Virus record (IMG/VR): IMGVR_UViG_3300008255_000016
Coordinates: 1 to 50,655 of that record
DNA from: a virus
Lineage: Duplodnaviria; Caudoviricetes
DNA: 50,655 bases
Reading direction: 5' to 3' (one strand)
The notes under the pieces were generated by a model. It saw only the letters and a program-made list of their open reading frames with translations. It did not search any database and had not been told where the DNA came from. Below, one piece after another: positions 33,651 to 43,383 of this stretch. Numbering within the stretch: the stretch's first letter is position 1; each line of letters begins with the position of its first letter. A program made the position numbers and the translations under genes.

Positions 33651-35220
33651 AACCTCATCCTTCGAGGAGTCCCTCGCCGCCATCGCGCGGGCCGTCGCCT
33701 ACCGCGAGTCAGCCCGCCGGGAACTCGCGCGCCGGGAACTGATCAGGTTCACCGAATACTTCACCCGCGACTACCAGATTGGACGCATCCACGAAGAAAT
33801 CTGTGAACTCCTGATGGCGTTCATCGAGGCGTGTGAGCGGAAGCTCGGCCCGCGCCTGATCATCCAGCTCCCGCCACGCCACGGTAAAAGCCAGATCGTC
33901 TCCCGCTGCCTGCCCGCGTTCATCTTGGGCAAGCACCCGGAGTGGGAGGTGGTGACCGCGACCTACGCCCAGGATCTCGCGTCGGATCTTGGACGTGATG
34001 TCCGGAACACCCTGAATCATCCGACCTATCCGGATCTCTTTCCAGCGTCGGTCATCCAACAAGACTCCAACGCGATCGATTTCGTGAAGATGGAATCGGG
34101 CGGATCGTACCGTGCGGTTGGTGTTGGTGGTGGCCTCACGGGCATGGGCGCACACTGTCTCCTGATTGATGATCCGGTGAAGAACCGTGAGGACGCGGAC
34201 TCGGAACTGGTGCGGGAAACCACCTGGAAGTGGTATCAGACGGTCGCGCGCACGCGCCTCGCGCCGGGTGGAGGCATCTGCATCTGCCTCACGCGCTGGC
34301 ACGAAGACGATCTCGCAGGCAAGATTCTCCAGCAGTCGCAAGCCTCGCCGGATGCATCGAAGTGGCATGTGTACAGCTTCCCCGCGATTGCGACCGAGAA
34401 GGAGAAGAATCGGGAGGAGGGCGAGGCGCTGCATCCGGAACGGTGGCCGCTCGCAGAACTCCAGAAGCTCAAGGCGGACATGGATCCGCGCGAGTGGTCG
34501 GCGCTCTACCAGCAGAATCCAACACCGCCGGAAGGCATCGCGTTCAAGCGTGAGTGGCTCGCCTACGAAGTCCCACCCGCGAATCTGAACTGGTACATCA
34601 CCACCGACTTCGCCATCGGGGAGAAGACCACCAACGACCGCACCGTGCTCCTGCCGTTTGGTATCGCGCCGGATGGAACGTGCTACTTCGACATGCCGAT
34701 CCGTGGGCGGTTCGATTCCATGAAGATCGTCGAAGACCTCTGCGACATAATGGACAACAAACACCCGGTCCAGGTCGCCATCGAGAATGTTCACATCTCG
34801 AAGACCATTGGACCCTTCCTCAAGAAACGCATGATGGAGCGCCGGATCTACGCGGCGTTTTGGGATTTCACCGCGACCAGGGACAAGCTCGCGCGCTCGG
34901 CATCGTTGCGTGGTCGCATGCAGCAGGGCAAGGTACGATTCCACCCACTGTTCAAGAACATCATCGAGGAGGAGTTCATTCCATTCCCAGCAGGCAAGCA
35001 CGACGACACGGTGGACGCTGCGTCGGTCGGCATGCTCATGCTCGATGCGTTGCGCACCCCCCAGGGGCCACCAGATCCACCGAAAGCCGGTCCGCCAGAG
35101 TGGTCGATGGAGTGGATGAAAGAGCGGATCGCATCGTCGTCATCGAGTCGGTCACCCGCCCCACCACACCTCAACGGCAAGCCACGCGAGAAGCGGAAGG
35201 TCGGGCAATGGAACTCCTGA
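33637..35220 (+). CDS. terL: Terminase large subunit
   Basis: PPRHGKS Walker A, LIDDP Walker B, TRWHEDDL, ALYQQNP, nuclease motifs TDFA and HDDTVDA. Confidence 0.96.
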   Translation: MNLLETSSFEESLAAIARAVAYRESARRELARRELIRFTEYFTRDYQIGRIHEEICELLMAFIEACERKLGPRLIIQLPPRHGKSQIVSRCLPAFILGKHPEWEVVTATYAQDLASDLGRDVRNTLNHPTYPDLFPASVIQQDSNAIDFVKMESGGSYRAVGVGGGLTGMGAHCLLIDDPVKNREDADSELVRETTWKWYQTVARTRLAPGGGICICLTRWHEDDLAGKILQQSQASPDASKWHVYSFPAIATEKEKNREEGEALHPERWPLAELQKLKADMDPREWSALYQQNPTPPEGIAFKREWLAYEVPPANLNWYITTDFAIGEKTTNDRTVLLPFGIAPDGTCYFDMPIRGRFDSMKIVEDLCDIMDNKHPVQVAIENVHISKTIGPFLKKRMMERRIYAAFWDFTATRDKLARSASLRGRMQQGKVRFHPLFKNIIEEEFIPFPAGKHDDTVDAASVGMLMLDALRTPQGPPDPPKAGPPEWSMEWMKERIASSSSSRSPAPPHLNGKPREKRKVGQWNS

Positions 35221-35732
35221 TCTATGCTCCAGGCCCGAACCTCGAACGGACGATGTGCCCGCCCACGCCAGGGCAGTTGACCATTGCCGTGAACGCCGCG
35301 TTCACGCGCGTGCCATACCCCATCGACTGGTACTGCGCGGGAGACACGCTCGCCTACACCTATGAGTTCACCCACGGCAAGCGCCCGCGCCTGGGTTGGG
35401 TGTGCAAGGATCCGACCTACCGCCGCCAGATCCAGGACACCCACCAGGATTTCGCCAAACTCCCGAGCTGGACCTGGGACGAAATCTCGAAGGTCCCGTT
35501 TCAGTATTCGATCACCGCCGCCTACGCCCTAGCCCGCATGATCGGAGCCACGCGCGTCCGCGTGTTCGGTGCGGATCAGATCGACGACGGTATCCGCATC
35601 CCCGCGAAATCCGACCCAAGCAAGACCATGATGCGCTACTCCCCGGGCCGGTGCGAAGTGGAGAACCGCGAGCGCGAGCGCATCGTCTCAGCGACCGGCT
35701 TGCAGATTGAACGGGTGCTATGGACGGCGTGA
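35208..35732 (+). CDS. Maf/sialyltransferase-like Rossmann-fold (putative glycosyltransferase) protein
   Basis: IYAPGPNL, TIAVNAA, SITAAYALARMIGATRVRVFGAD match the GPSL/AVN/S..A..LA..MG...I...G.D pattern. Confidence 0.6.
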   Translation: MELLIYAPGPNLERTMCPPTPGQLTIAVNAAFTRVPYPIDWYCAGDTLAYTYEFTHGKRPRLGWVCKDPTYRRQIQDTHQDFAKLPSWTWDEISKVPFQYSITAAYALARMIGATRVRVFGADQIDDGIRIPAKSDPSKTMMRYSPGRCEVENRERERIVSATGLQIERVLWTA

Positions 35733-35962
35733 ATCCACTGCTGCCGATCCGCAACCGCCCGGGGCTGTTCGCGGTGGTCACGCGCGAAACCGGCGAAATC
35801 CTGGCGAAAGGGTACATGAAACTCTACTGGACGCCGCACAACATCGTGCTGGTTGAGTCGATTACCCGCAATCGAACACCCCTGGCGAACTGGGATCCGG
35901 ACTATCGGGTGGTGTTCGTGGCGTTGAATCAGGACGGTGGATTGACCTACGAAGGGGCTTGA
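35720..35962 (+). CDS. Hypothetical protein
   Basis: 80-aa ORF overlapping the previous stop; GTG 35729 is an alternative start. Confidence 0.5.
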   Translation: MDGVNPLLPIRNRPGLFAVVTRETGEILAKGYMKLYWTPHNIVLVESITRNRTPLANWDPDYRVVFVALNQDGGLTYEGA

Positions 35963-36022
35963 CTTCGTCCCCCGACCACACCAACGATAGGGCCACAGGC
36001 ACACCAACCCTAGGAATCTGCC

Positions 36023-36811
36023 ATGACCCTCCAGTCCGCTCCCATCTCCAAGGCCCCCCGCGTCATCAACCTGCCGGTCACGACTGGCACGGGTTCGCGC
36101 ACCAGCACCGGCACCTGCGACAAGGTGACCGCCGTGCGCCTCTCCCCCTTCGAGCCGGGCCAGTCGGTCCTCGCGCTCTCGCCGGGAGCTGGTCAGGTGT
36201 TCGGCGTTCCTTCCCCCTCGGGCGACAAGCATCGCCACCTGACCTTCGTCATCAGCGGCACGGACATCACCGCCGCCGCCTACAAGGTCGGTCAGGTCGC
36301 TGCGACCGGCGGTCGCACCGATGCCGCGAAGGTGCAGACCGATCTGACGGTCAGCCTCGGCATCATCACCACAGGCGAGCTGGCCATCGGTCAGCTCACC
36401 GCTGCGGCCACCAGCGTGCAGGCCGACGACATGCTGTCGGTCATCCTGACCGTCAATGGCGTGCCGTACACCCGCATCCTCGATGCCTCCAGCCCGGCCC
36501 CCGCCGCTGGTGAGTGGTGCCTCGACAGCGACGACAAGACCGTGCTGGTCATCGGTGCCGACTCGACCGACTACCTGCCGGTCGGCGCGCAGATCGACAT
36601 CTTCAAGACCGACACCACCCTGGTGAAGCTGCTGTCCAAGCCCGGTGCGGTCACTGGTGCTGCGTTCGTCGCTGGTGTTGCCGAGGAGCGCATGCTGTCG
36701 GTTCCGGTGTCGTACACCGACCTGAATGGCCGCACCGGCAACCGCGAAGCGCGCGTGGACTTCGTCGCTGCCGACGTGGCTCAGGTTGCGCTGACCGGCC
36801 TGTCGAAGTAA
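36023..36811 (+). CDS. Probable abundant virion structural/decoration protein
   Basis: Thr/Val/Ala-rich beta protein with strong codon bias and its own terminator. Confidence 0.5.
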   Translation: MTLQSAPISKAPRVINLPVTTGTGSRTSTGTCDKVTAVRLSPFEPGQSVLALSPGAGQVFGVPSPSGDKHRHLTFVISGTDITAAAYKVGQVAATGGRTDAAKVQTDLTVSLGIITTGELAIGQLTAAATSVQADDMLSVILTVNGVPYTRILDASSPAPAAGEWCLDSDDKTVLVIGADSTDYLPVGAQIDIFKTDTTLVKLLSKPGAVTGAAFVAGVAEERMLSVPVSYTDLNGRTGNREARVDFVAADVAQVALTGLSK

Positions 36812-36820
36812 GCTGACGGG

Positions 36821-36856
36821 AACACCCTGGGCGTTGCACGCCCAGGGTGTTTCTCT
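36821..36856 (+). terminator. Intrinsic terminator
   Basis: 14-bp stem AACACCCTGGGCGT/ACGCCCAGGGTGTT followed by TCTCT. Confidence 0.7.
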
Positions 36857-36883
36857 ATCCTCACGCCATCCCAGGAGGTTCTC

Positions 36884-37168
36884 GTGCTTTCCACTGTCGT
36901 TCCTCGTATCGCCGTGCGGCAAGTGGTTCTGGCGGGAGCAGGCAAGCTGTCCGCTGGCACCATCACCCCGGCAGCTACTCCCTCAATCCCACGTAAGATC
37001 GTCGCGGCTGACGTGTACAACGCCGCCGCGTGGACCTTCACCGATGTCGCAGGTGGCGTCGGCTTCCCGGTGCTGGCGGGTGAAGTCCGCCAGCTCCCCG
37101 GTTCGTTCGTGAAGGACGCGATCTTCGCTGCCGGAACGTACATCGTCTGTTTCTACATGGACGTGTGA
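36884..37168 (+). CDS. Hypothetical virion protein
   Basis: AGGAGG RBS before GTG. Confidence 0.6.
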   Translation: MLSTVVPRIAVRQVVLAGAGKLSAGTITPAATPSIPRKIVAADVYNAAAWTFTDVAGGVGFPVLAGEVRQLPGSFVKDAIFAAGTYIVCFYMDV

Positions 37169-37169
37169 C

Positions 37170-38090
37170 ATGGCTGACACCCTCATCTCTGACATGCCGG
37201 TGAACGCAACGCCGACCGCCAACGACATCTTCGAGACAGTGCAGTCCGGTGTCAGCCGACAGCTCTCGTTCTCGGTGTTCCTCGGCTCGACGATCTTCAC
37301 CAATGCGGTCAATAGTCGCATCGCTACGGCCATCGCCGCAGGCATCACCCCCGGCGGTGCAGCCGGTGGTGACCTCGCGGGCAGCTACCCGAATCCGACG
37401 ATCAAGGTTCTGGCCGGGCTGGTTTCAGGTTCCTACGGCGGGGCCACGATGGTCCCGGTCGTCACGGTCAACACCAAGGGTCAGGTGACGGGCATTTCCC
37501 AGGTGCCAGTGACCGCTGACCTGACTGGCGCGGTGCGCTATGATGCCCCGCAGGTTCTCTCCAGTGGTGAGCAGACGGTCGCGCGCGGGAACATCAACGC
37601 GCAGGAAAGCACGCCGCAGGTTGCGGCGATCCAGGCGCTCGCGTTCTCGGCATCCATCGCGGTGTGGGATTCGACCAGCGTGGCCCGCGCGGTCAGCATC
37701 ACGGCGTACATGGAAGGGCTGCTCGGATCAGCAGACGCCGCCGCCATTCGGTCGGCGCTCGATGTCCTGCCCGCTGGCTACCAGGAAGTCGTGCCGATCA
37801 CTGACACGCTGCCGGTCACGCCCTACGTCCCGGACGACGAAGGGGTCATCCTCGCAGACGCCTCCGCTGGTGCGGTGGCTATCGACCTGCCCAAGATCGA
37901 CGCGGATCTCGATGGGCGCACCATCACCATCAAGGCGGTGGATGCGACCAACAACATCACGGTGACCGCCGACACCACAGCCCCGGATCTCATCGACGGC
38001 GCTGCGAGCCTCGTCCTCAACGTCACGTATCAGAGCTACACCCTCGTCGCCAGCTACGATGCGGGCGGCTCGTTCTGGAGTATCATCTAG
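37170..38090 (+). CDS. Fibre-like virion protein
   Basis: MADTLISDMP start, AGGDLAGSYPNPT, GSYG...VTVNTKGQVT and QTVARGNI fibre-type motifs. Confidence 0.6.
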   Translation: MADTLISDMPVNATPTANDIFETVQSGVSRQLSFSVFLGSTIFTNAVNSRIATAIAAGITPGGAAGGDLAGSYPNPTIKVLAGLVSGSYGGATMVPVVTVNTKGQVTGISQVPVTADLTGAVRYDAPQVLSSGEQTVARGNINAQESTPQVAAIQALAFSASIAVWDSTSVARAVSITAYMEGLLGSADAAAIRSALDVLPAGYQEVVPITDTLPVTPYVPDDEGVILADASAGAVAIDLPKIDADLDGRTITIKAVDATNNITVTADTTAPDLIDGAASLVLNVTYQSYTLVASYDAGGSFWSII

Positions 38091-38623
38091 TGAGCTACGA
38101 CGAGCGAAACTCGCTAGTGCGCTGGAATGATTGGCGCTGGGCCGGCGCGGGGGTGAACCCCCCTGGCGTCCCGTCCCCCGCTGTGCTGACCGAGATCGCA
38201 ACGGATTGGTGGTCGTGGTTGTTCACCAACAACAACGTGTTGGCCTTCCACGACCTCCAGATTCCACACGACTACGCCGAAGGCACGGACATCATTCCGC
38301 ACATCCACTGGTGTCCGACGACCACTGCGACGTACACCGGAACGTGGACGCTGACGATCAATAGCTGGCTGTTGGCAGCGAATGGTGAGCCACGCGAAAC
38401 GCCGCTGGTAGTCACGCAGGCGTTCAACGCGGCCATGACGCAGTACCAGATGCAGTCCGCCGACTTCTCGGCCAACCTGCTCGGCGCTGGCCGGAAGATC
38501 AGCAGCATGGCCACCGCCACGCTGTCCCTGTCCCTCTCAGCGGGCGCAGGCTGCGCCCTCCTGGGGCTGGACGGCCATTACCAAGTGGACGGCCACGGTA
38601 GCCGGGAGGTACTGGCGAAATGA
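38090..38623 (+). CDS. Hypothetical virion protein
   Basis: TAGTG coupling; QIPHDYAEGTDIIPHIHW beta-sandwich-like segment. Confidence 0.55.
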   Translation: MSYDERNSLVRWNDWRWAGAGVNPPGVPSPAVLTEIATDWWSWLFTNNNVLAFHDLQIPHDYAEGTDIIPHIHWCPTTTATYTGTWTLTINSWLLAANGEPRETPLVVTQAFNAAMTQYQMQSADFSANLLGAGRKISSMATATLSLSLSAGAGCALLGLDGHYQVDGHGSREVLAK

Positions 38624-39015
38624 CCTACAACCCTAACTGGTCTACAGGTGAGGAGGCTGATTCAGCCAGCCTACGCGGCTCCATCGACATCTACACCGCG
38701 ATCACGGCTATCCCCATCCCCAACCCATTCACCAAGAGCCGCATCGAAAGCGTCCGTCTGTTCAACGCGAGCCGTGACTTATCTTCGAGCGTTGCTACGC
38801 TGACCCTCGGCACCACGAGCGGTGACGATGACCTTGCTACCAGCACAGCGGTGACCCCGCTGACGACCTCTGAAAAGATCCTGGCGATGACGCTACTGGC
38901 CGATGAAGTCCGCACCGAGGCGACCCTCTACCTCAACGTCGAGGCGGTTGACACCGACTCGGATGCAACGGTCGATTACCAGATCACCTTCTCCAGACTG
39001 GACCTCGCGCTCTAA
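38620..39015 (+). CDS. Hypothetical virion protein
   Basis: ATGA-coupled; Thr/Ser-rich. Confidence 0.55.
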   Translation: MTYNPNWSTGEEADSASLRGSIDIYTAITAIPIPNPFTKSRIESVRLFNASRDLSSSVATLTLGTTSGDDDLATSTAVTPLTTSEKILAMTLLADEVRTEATLYLNVEAVDTDSDATVDYQITFSRLDLAL

Positions 39016-39362
39016 TGGACCTCGCCGCCCTCCTCCAGACCTTCGGCTTCCCGGTGGCGCTCGCCATCGCGCTCGTCTATTGGTGGCGGCGCGACTATGC
39101 CGATCTGGTCAAACGCGTGCGTCAGGTCGAGGAAGCGCGGGCCATGGAGCTGAAAGCCTACGCGAACAGCTACAAGGTGCTGGCCGAGCGTGTGGTCGAG
39201 GCGCTGGAGCAGCACAATATGCTGTTCCGCCAGCACATGCGCTCGCGCGGAGAGAAACCGTGGGGGGGCGAAACCGACCGTCACACTCCGCGTCCGCATC
39301 CGGTCGTGCGCCCTGAGAAGTTTCGCACACCCTTGCCGTTCCCCGAGGGGAAGCAGGGATGA
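39015..39362 (+). CDS. Putative holin (single N-terminal TM)
   Basis: LLQTFGFPVALAIALVYWW followed by a coiled coil, as in GFP-motif phage holins. Confidence 0.5.
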   Translation: MDLAALLQTFGFPVALAIALVYWWRRDYADLVKRVRQVEEARAMELKAYANSYKVLAERVVEALEQHNMLFRQHMRSRGEKPWGGETDRHTPRPHPVVRPEKFRTPLPFPEGKQG

Positions 39363-39886
39363 AGTTCACCGTCCTGCTCGCGCTGCTGGCGCTGCTCGGC
39401 CTCCTGCTCGGGGGCTGCGGCTCCACGCGCGAGGAACAGCAGAACACCACCGAGCAGGAGATGTACGAGATCGGCCCGATGTACGTCGATACTCCAGTCG
39501 GGGTGGTGACGCTCCACAAGACCGGCGTGATCCGGCGCATGAGCCGCGTCCGCACCACGACCGAAACCAAGGAATACACCTTCCCCGAGGTCAAGGAAAT
39601 CGGTGGTGCAATGCTCGGCGGATTGCTTGGCCCGCTGGGCGGCGGCGGGACGGTCGGTCTGATCGCAGCCTACTTCATCAAGCGGATCAAGGACAAGAAC
39701 GAGCAAGAGCGCGAGGCAATGGAGCGCGACCGCAAGGCGAAGATCGCCGCGATGGACGCCTACGCCAAGGACATCGAGAAGGCTGAAACCGACGAGGATG
39801 TTGAGAAGATCAAAACCAAACACGCTGAGCGCCAGAAGGTGCTCGGCATCCACGATCAACTGGCGCAAGACCGCCACGGAGGATGA
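39359..39886 (+). CDS. Lipoprotein with a second hydrophobic segment (spanin-like)
   Basis: Lipobox LLGG-C20; later GGAMLGGLLGPLGGGGTVGLIAAYFI. Confidence 0.5.
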   Translation: MKFTVLLALLALLGLLLGGCGSTREEQQNTTEQEMYEIGPMYVDTPVGVVTLHKTGVIRRMSRVRTTTETKEYTFPEVKEIGGAMLGGLLGPLGGGGTVGLIAAYFIKRIKDKNEQEREAMERDRKAKIAAMDAYAKDIEKAETDEDVEKIKTKHAERQKVLGIHDQLAQDRHGG

Positions 39887-39887
39887 C

Positions 39888-40019
39888 ATGAGCGACGGCA
39901 AGAACACTGAGCAGGTGCAGGGTTTCTTCGTGAAACTCGTCACCAGCCCTAACACCTACATCGGCTTCGGCGGCGGACTCGTCGTCATGTACGCTGTCGC
40001 GCGCATCTTCGGAGTCTGA
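39888..40019 (+). CDS. Membrane microprotein (43 aa)
   Basis: GGAGG RBS; C-terminal YIGFGGGLVVMYAVARIFGV. Confidence 0.55.
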   Translation: MSDGKNTEQVQGFFVKLVTSPNTYIGFGGGLVVMYAVARIFGV

Positions 40020-40021
40020 CC

Positions 40022-40846
40022 ATGCCGCGTGGACTCGGCCTCGGTCTTGGGCTGCGGCGCGGCGGTAGCCTTGCTGTTCCGGCCTCTCTCACCGGATGGT
40101 ACACCCGTGTTGTCGCGGCTGGCGGGGCCGTCACGCAGTCAATGGTGAACGCGCTTGAACCGCTCGTCACTGCCTACGCCAACGCCGGATTTACCGATGC
40201 CAACTGCCGTTTCAATCCGTACTGCGGCGTCAACTTAACGGCGGCGCGGGTCCCCGTATTCCGTGGCGGTGGGGCCGACATTGACACAAATGTCAACTTC
40301 ATCGACAGCGATTACACGCCGAGCGGCGGTCTGGTTGGAGGGTCTAAATACCTCGACACCACTGTCGCGCATTCGTCGCTCGGCGGGGAGAATACATATC
40401 ACTTCGGCGTTTATTCTTTGCTGTCCCCTACCGCCCTCGGCATCCAGATGGGCGCTCGCAACTCAGATTCGCAGATTCAACACCTGCTTCTGACCGATGG
40501 TACAGGTAAAGTTATTTCAAGCATCTGGTCAACGTCAGGTGGCGGTGTCCTGTCCTTCGCGTATGCGAATCCGACACGGTTCTGTTTGGCCAACCGTGTA
40601 TCGTCAACCTCCCATGCCTTCTATTCCGATGGGACGCTGCGAGGATCAAGCGCAACACTACGCACTGGCACGCGTCCTACACTATCCACCTTCGTTCATG
40701 CGCGCAACAATGTCGGTTCTCCTGATGGTGTAGGCAACCACCCGCTCGGTGGGTACTCGTTCGGCTTGAACATCCCCGCCGCGAGCATTGCCGCCGTGTC
40801 CGCTGCCTGGAAAACCTACTCAAACGCCATGGGGAGGATGGTATGA
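40022..40846 (+). CDS. Putative virion lectin-like (beta-sandwich) protein
   Basis: MPRGLGLGLGL N-terminus; Ser/Thr/Gly-rich; atypical codon usage. Confidence 0.45.
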   Translation: MPRGLGLGLGLRRGGSLAVPASLTGWYTRVVAAGGAVTQSMVNALEPLVTAYANAGFTDANCRFNPYCGVNLTAARVPVFRGGGADIDTNVNFIDSDYTPSGGLVGGSKYLDTTVAHSSLGGENTYHFGVYSLLSPTALGIQMGARNSDSQIQHLLLTDGTGKVISSIWSTSGGGVLSFAYANPTRFCLANRVSSTSHAFYSDGTLRGSSATLRTGTRPTLSTFVHARNNVGSPDGVGNHPLGGYSFGLNIPAASIAAVSAAWKTYSNAMGRMV

Positions 40847-41061
40847 TCCTTGACGCGCTGGTCGTTTCCCCCATTGACCTCGATGCCATCGAGGTCATCA
40901 ACGACACACAAACTGACCAGAAGCTCGTTCCGTTCCACACCACAGACGGTCGTATGGCGCTGCCTGCGGATCTTCTGACTGCGTGCCATGTTGGTCAAAC
41001 CTGGGCGGACTATCGTGAGGTTCTGATCCGTCTGCCCCGCGAAACTGTCGAGATACTCTGA
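40843..41061 (+). CDS. Hypothetical protein, partner of the upstream gene
   Basis: GGAGG RBS and ATGA overlap. Confidence 0.55.
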   Translation: MILDALVVSPIDLDAIEVINDTQTDQKLVPFHTTDGRMALPADLLTACHVGQTWADYREVLIRLPRETVEIL

Positions 41062-41100
41062 GCATCGACAGCGAGCTTCCCCACGCTAGGATCGAACGCC

Positions 41101-43356
41101 ATGCTACCCGAGTCTCCCGACCCGACTGCCCCGGCAGACCCGTCTATGGCCATGGCTGTCGCTGCCCCCGAGGTTGAAGCCGAGGTCATCGTCGAGGAGA
41201 AGGCACCGGAGCCGGTGCAGCGCGAAGTCTCGCTCATCGCCCAGTTCAGCGCCCAGGTCGAGGTCGCGCAATTCCTCCAGCGGTGGTACTTGCAGTTCGA
41301 TGCCGACCGCAAGTACGTCAACGAGGAGTGCCTGCTCATCGACGACGTGGACACCGTTTCGACGAACTACGTCCTGCGCAACCAGTACGTCCTGCTCGCC
41401 AACCTGTTCGCCCGCGATCCCGTCATCGCATGGCGTCCGGGTGCGATCATCGGGGAGCATCCTCCCCTCCTGCACCAGTTCGGGCGCACGCTCGACATCT
41501 ACTGTGCGAAGATGGCTGAGGAGATGGAGATGCGCCGCCTGCTGCGTGGCGGAATCCAGGACGCCTCGACGGTCGGCTGGCAGGTGTACAAGCTGAATCC
41601 CCAGGAGGACCCGAAGCTCGATCCGCTTGGCGCTCGTCGCCAGAACGACCAGCTCGACAACCTCGCGCGATACCAGTGGCTCAAGAAACGGATGGCCACC
41701 CAGCACTTCACTGAGGACGACGCCATCGCCAAAGAGATCGAGGATCTCCAGAAGGTAGTCTCGAAGTATCTGCTCGATCAGATGCAGGGCGATGTCATCA
41801 ACAATCCGATTGCCCAGCAACCAATCATGGTTCCGAACCCGATGACGGGAATGATGGAACCACAGCTCGACCCAGTCACGGGCGAGCCGATGACCCAGGA
41901 CGACATGAGTGACCCCCGGGTTGCTCGGATGCAGGCACTCGAACAGGGCCAGATCCCCGAGGACTACGAGCCGGGTGAGATCGCCCGCTACGTCGGATTC
42001 AACCTCGACCCGATCCAGGCCGAGGACTTCCGCTTCGACTGGACCGTGCCGTCACCAGAGCGCATGTACGAGGCAGGCTGGATTGCCCATCGCGTCTACA
42101 TGACCTACGATGACTTCGGCTCGAAGTTTCCGGATCTCAAGCCCGAGGAGTTCGGGCAGATCGTACTGTTCGGGGAAGATGGTAAGTCGCTGGGCAAGGA
42201 CCGGCGCTGGTCGCGCACCGGACCGACCACGGGCGGTGGATCAGGCGAAAGCGAAGGCCCGAGTGATCGCGGCTCGCTGGAGACGCAGACCAACATGGGC
42301 CGCTGCGCCGTGTGGGAAATGTGGCACAAGGGCCAGGGACGCGTCTATGTGTGGGCCGAGGGCATGCAGCGGTTCATGATGAACTACTGCCCGGTCATCG
42401 TCGGTCGCCGCTGGTACCCGTTTTACATCCTGCCGTTCAACCGCGTCACGGGCCGTGTGATTCCGCTGTCGGACACCACCCTGACCCGTCAGCTCCAGGA
42501 CGAGCTGAACCGCCGCCGCACCCTGGAGGCCGAGGCGCAGAAGGCCGCGTTCCCGCGCATCTTCATCAAGCGTGGTGCGCTGGAGAAGGGCGAGAAGGAA
42601 GCTATCGAGTTGTCGAATCCCTACCAAGTGATCGAGCTGTCAGATCCGCAGTCGGTGCAGAACGCTTTCGCGGAGACCAAGCCACTACCCTTCAACCCGG
42701 ATCTCTACCGGCGCGACGAGACGCGCATCGAGCTGGAGATGATGAGCGGCATCAGCCGCAACGCCGCAGGCACCGCGTCGGGTGATCTGGCGACCACCGC
42801 TGCGGTGGCCAACGAGCAGATGGGCGTGCAGATGGATTTCCGCCGCACGCTGCTCGACGAGCTGATCTACGACATCCTCTACGACGTAGCCTACATGGCG
42901 ATCCAGTTCGTTCCCGAGGAGAACTGGAAGAAAATCTGCGGGCCACAAGCCTACGTTCCGCTGCTGGAGCGCGAAGTCTTCCTGCGCCAGCTCAAGCTCG
43001 AAGTGCGCGCCGGATCGACCGGACGCCCGGATGCTGACAAGATGCTGGCCACGATGGAGAAGTTCGCCAACGTCGCCACCTCGCTTGGGCTGCCTGTCGA
43101 TGGTGAGCCGCTGCTCGAAGACATCATGTACGAGATGGGCAAGCACGATTGGCGGCGCTACCTGCTCACCCCTGAGAAGATGATGCAGCGTGCTGCGATG
43201 GGCATGCCGGTCGGCCCGATGGGCGGACCCGGTGGCGTCGGCCCGACTGCACCGCGCGGCAACGCCGCGCAGAGCCAACCCACACCCGGAGAAGGATCAC
43301 CGACGATGGCCGAGCGCGGCCCGCCGTCACCTGATTCTGTTCCCGGCCCAGTTTAG
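41101..43356 (+). CDS. Portal protein
   Basis: 751 aa; precedes scaffold and capsid; YPFYIL, LQDELNRRR, MSGIS..A.G..ATTAA and Pro/Gly-rich tail as in podovirus portals. Confidence 0.8.
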   Translation: MLPESPDPTAPADPSMAMAVAAPEVEAEVIVEEKAPEPVQREVSLIAQFSAQVEVAQFLQRWYLQFDADRKYVNEECLLIDDVDTVSTNYVLRNQYVLLANLFARDPVIAWRPGAIIGEHPPLLHQFGRTLDIYCAKMAEEMEMRRLLRGGIQDASTVGWQVYKLNPQEDPKLDPLGARRQNDQLDNLARYQWLKKRMATQHFTEDDAIAKEIEDLQKVVSKYLLDQMQGDVINNPIAQQPIMVPNPMTGMMEPQLDPVTGEPMTQDDMSDPRVARMQALEQGQIPEDYEPGEIARYVGFNLDPIQAEDFRFDWTVPSPERMYEAGWIAHRVYMTYDDFGSKFPDLKPEEFGQIVLFGEDGKSLGKDRRWSRTGPTTGGGSGESEGPSDRGSLETQTNMGRCAVWEMWHKGQGRVYVWAEGMQRFMMNYCPVIVGRRWYPFYILPFNRVTGRVIPLSDTTLTRQLQDELNRRRTLEAEAQKAAFPRIFIKRGALEKGEKEAIELSNPYQVIELSDPQSVQNAFAETKPLPFNPDLYRRDETRIELEMMSGISRNAAGTASGDLATTAAVANEQMGVQMDFRRTLLDELIYDILYDVAYMAIQFVPEENWKKICGPQAYVPLLEREVFLRQLKLEVRAGSTGRPDADKMLATMEKFANVATSLGLPVDGEPLLEDIMYEMGKHDWRRYLLTPEKMMQRAAMGMPVGPMGGPGGVGPTAPRGNAAQSQPTPGEGSPTMAERGPPSPDSVPGPV

Positions 43357-43383
43357 ATTGAATCCACCGAGTAGGGAGATACC

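Noticed and set aside
34554-35207. Long N-terminal extension of the glycosyltransferase-like ORF
   Set aside because: It overlaps terL out of frame; the plausible start is ATG 35208, where the Rossmann motif begins
35636-36922. 428-aa minus-strand ORF, and similar ones at 33709-35001, 22766-24094, 47211-48431 and 49511-50488
   Set aside because: They lie opposite well-supported genes and have shadow-type composition
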